From IMG/VR virus record IMGVR_UViG_3300044842_000203, positions 47,567 to 111,566 of that record: 64,000 nucleotides of DNA; one strand, given 5' to 3'. This stretch comes from a virus. Its lineage: Duplodnaviria > Caudoviricetes. The translations under genes were made by a program, and so were the position numbers. Positions 62,442 to 64,000 of this stretch are shown one piece after another (the first letter of the stretch is position 1; each line of letters starts with the position of its first letter). The notes under the pieces are model-generated. The model was given only the letters and a program-made list of their open reading frames with translations, was not told the origin of the DNA and made no database searches.

Positions 62442-63998
62442 TCACTCCGACGGCGAATAGACTTCGACAATGGATTCGCGGACCTTGAGGTCCGCGCGGC
62501 GCAGCTTCGCATCACAGGCGTACTGGTAGAGGTAAATCACCATGCGCATGCGGAAAGTCTGCCCCGCGCTTGCGGTGACCGGCACCAGCACCGTCCAGGT
62601 GTTTTGCAGTCCTGGCGCCTGCGGCCACTGCGAGTCAACCACCGTTTGGGCGCCTTCCTGATACCAGGAGTCGGCGAGAGTGAATGCTCCGTTGCCCAGC
62701 TGGTAGTACCAGCGAACCTGCGCGACCTGCCGGTCCGGGTTGGCGCCGGAGTTCTGCTTGAAAAACAACAGCTCCATGCGCATCTCCACCTCAAGCTGCG
62801 TGATCGAGGCGGAGCGCACCGTCATGGTGGGCCAGGTGTAGGTGAACGTGGTGTTCGAGCCGACGAACAGGCCGCCGTTGTAGTCACCTGGATCGGCCCA
62901 TTTGCGCACGCAGGTGTGCACGATGTACTGCCGGGCGTCGCGTAGGTGGACGGGCTTGTTTCCGGACCCGCGCCACGGGGCGTTCACGCTCAGCTGGCCG
63001 GAAGGGTTGAGCTGCGTGACCAGCGCGGTGCTGGGTGAGCCCGAGATGATTTCAGCCTGGTAGGCGGAGAGCAGGTTGCCGGACCAGGTGTTGAGTGCGG
63101 AGGAGTAGGAGGCGAGGGTGAGGCCGTCCCGCGTCGGCGCCCCGTAGTTGTGCAGCTGCGAACCCACGATGCTGGATAGGCCGTTGGCCTGATCCATCCC
63201 CACAAACCCAGTCATCCCAGGGAACGGAGCAAACGGCGTGCTCCCCGACTGCGACGCGGCGCTCGGGAACCACGCAACCCGCGGCGTGACCAGACGCGTC
63301 AACGCCGCACCCAGATCCAGCTCACCCGTCCAGTCCGTGGCAATCCGGCCCACGATGATCTGATTCGGGGCTACCGAGAGGATCGCCGCCGCATCGGAGC
63401 TGCCCGGCTGGAAACGATTCAGCTGCGCAATCGCCCGAGTCGGCGCCGACTCCTGCCCGTAGCCCAACAGTCCGGTGTTGATCGCCCCCGACGATTGCGG
63501 GCCCACCGTAAGGCTCGCCGAGCTGCTGGGCGTGGTACCGCCGAACGCGGCGCCCTGCGTGCTCGTCAGCTGCCCCGTGCCCGAGACAGTGAGTACCTGA
63601 TTACCCGACGAGTCGATGCCGCGTAGCAGCGCCGTCACGTTCGCATCCCCGGCGCGAATCTCGAGGCCCGCTTCCGCGCCCAGTGGGGTGATCCGGGCGC
63701 GCACACCAGCCGGTACCGCGTCCAGGCCACCGACCGAAAGTCGGCCGATAGTCCCGTCTGCGGTGCCGCCGAGGATGAGTTGCTTGCGCAGCGTCATCCC
63801 GCCATCCCAGGAGGTCGACAAGCTCGGCCCGTTAGCCACGCTCGTGTGCTCCACCCGGAACGCCTCAGCGGTCACCGAGGGGGATGTGTCCGGCGGCCGG
63901 ACGATTAGTCGTTCCGGAACCCAGTTCTGCGCCCGCCACGTCGCGCCAGGGTCCGTGCGGTACAGGTGATAGCCGGTCGCGCCCCCGCCCAGATCGAG
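62442..63998 (-). CDS. 5'-partial tail fibre/minor tail protein
   Basis: Frame open to window edge, G/S/T-rich, upstream of lysis genes. Confidence 0.7.
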   Translation of the reverse strand, partial: LDLGGGATGYHLYRTDPGATWRAQNWVPERLIVRPPDTSPSVTAEAFRVEHTSVANGPSLSTSWDGGMTLRKQLILGGTADGTIGRLSVGGLDAVPAGVRARITPLGAEAGLEIRAGDANVTALLRGIDSSGNQVLTVSGTGQLTSTQGAAFGGTTPSSSASLTVGPQSSGAINTGLLGYGQESAPTRAIAQLNRFQPGSSDAAAILSVAPNQIIVGRIATDWTGELDLGAALTRLVTPRVAWFPSAASQSGSTPFAPFPGMTGFVGMDQANGLSSIVGSQLHNYGAPTRDGLTLASYSSALNTWSGNLLSAYQAEIISGSPSTALVTQLNPSGQLSVNAPWRGSGNKPVHLRDARQYIVHTCVRKWADPGDYNGGLFVGSNTTFTYTWPTMTVRSASITQLEVEMRMELLFFKQNSGANPDRQVAQVRWYYQLGNGAFTLADSWYQEGAQTVVDSQWPQAPGLQNTWTVLVPVTASAGQTFRMRMVIYLYQYACDAKLRRADLKVRESIVEVYSPSE

Positions 63999-64000
63999 GG

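Noticed and set aside
2265-63920. GTTCCGG/CCGGAAC inside CDSs (near 2265, 23746, 35937, 43003, 43900, 44377, 54562, 63854, 63914)
   Set aside because: No TANNNT at the right spacing seen; treated as chance matches

Overview
High-GC actinobacterial DNA. It is most plausibly part of a large tailed actinophage or phage-plasmid of a filamentous actinomycete. All calls are by eye from motifs; no searches were run. Layout: (1) 1-4.2 kb, + strand, a plasmid/AICE-like transfer module (TraB/FtsK translocase plus repeat arrays). (2) 4.1-31.5 kb, mostly - strand, many small coupled genes, including an SsgA-like protein, M41-like protease, HNH lipoprotein, CDF transporter, DnaE and a Pnk-like kinase. (3) 32-53.5 kb, + strand, replication/packaging genes: RecD-like, SNF2 and UvrD helicases, DnaQ-like exonuclease, RepB-like primase, Cas4-like nuclease, a second SsgA-like protein, VRR-NUC, TerL and an HTH regulator. 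(4) 53.6-64 kb, - strand, virion/lysis genes. No capsid, portal, integrase, CRISPR or canonical tRNA was recognised. Main unexplained signals: about 27 promoter-like sites that carry GTTCCGG at the predicted +1; a 69-nt ACCA-ended tRNA-like RNA that starts with the same heptamer; a UvrD helicase whose Walker A is split by a 4-nt stop-containing hairpin loop; a ~265-nt structured RNA; and a conjugation-type module with convergent periodic repeats inside a phage genome.
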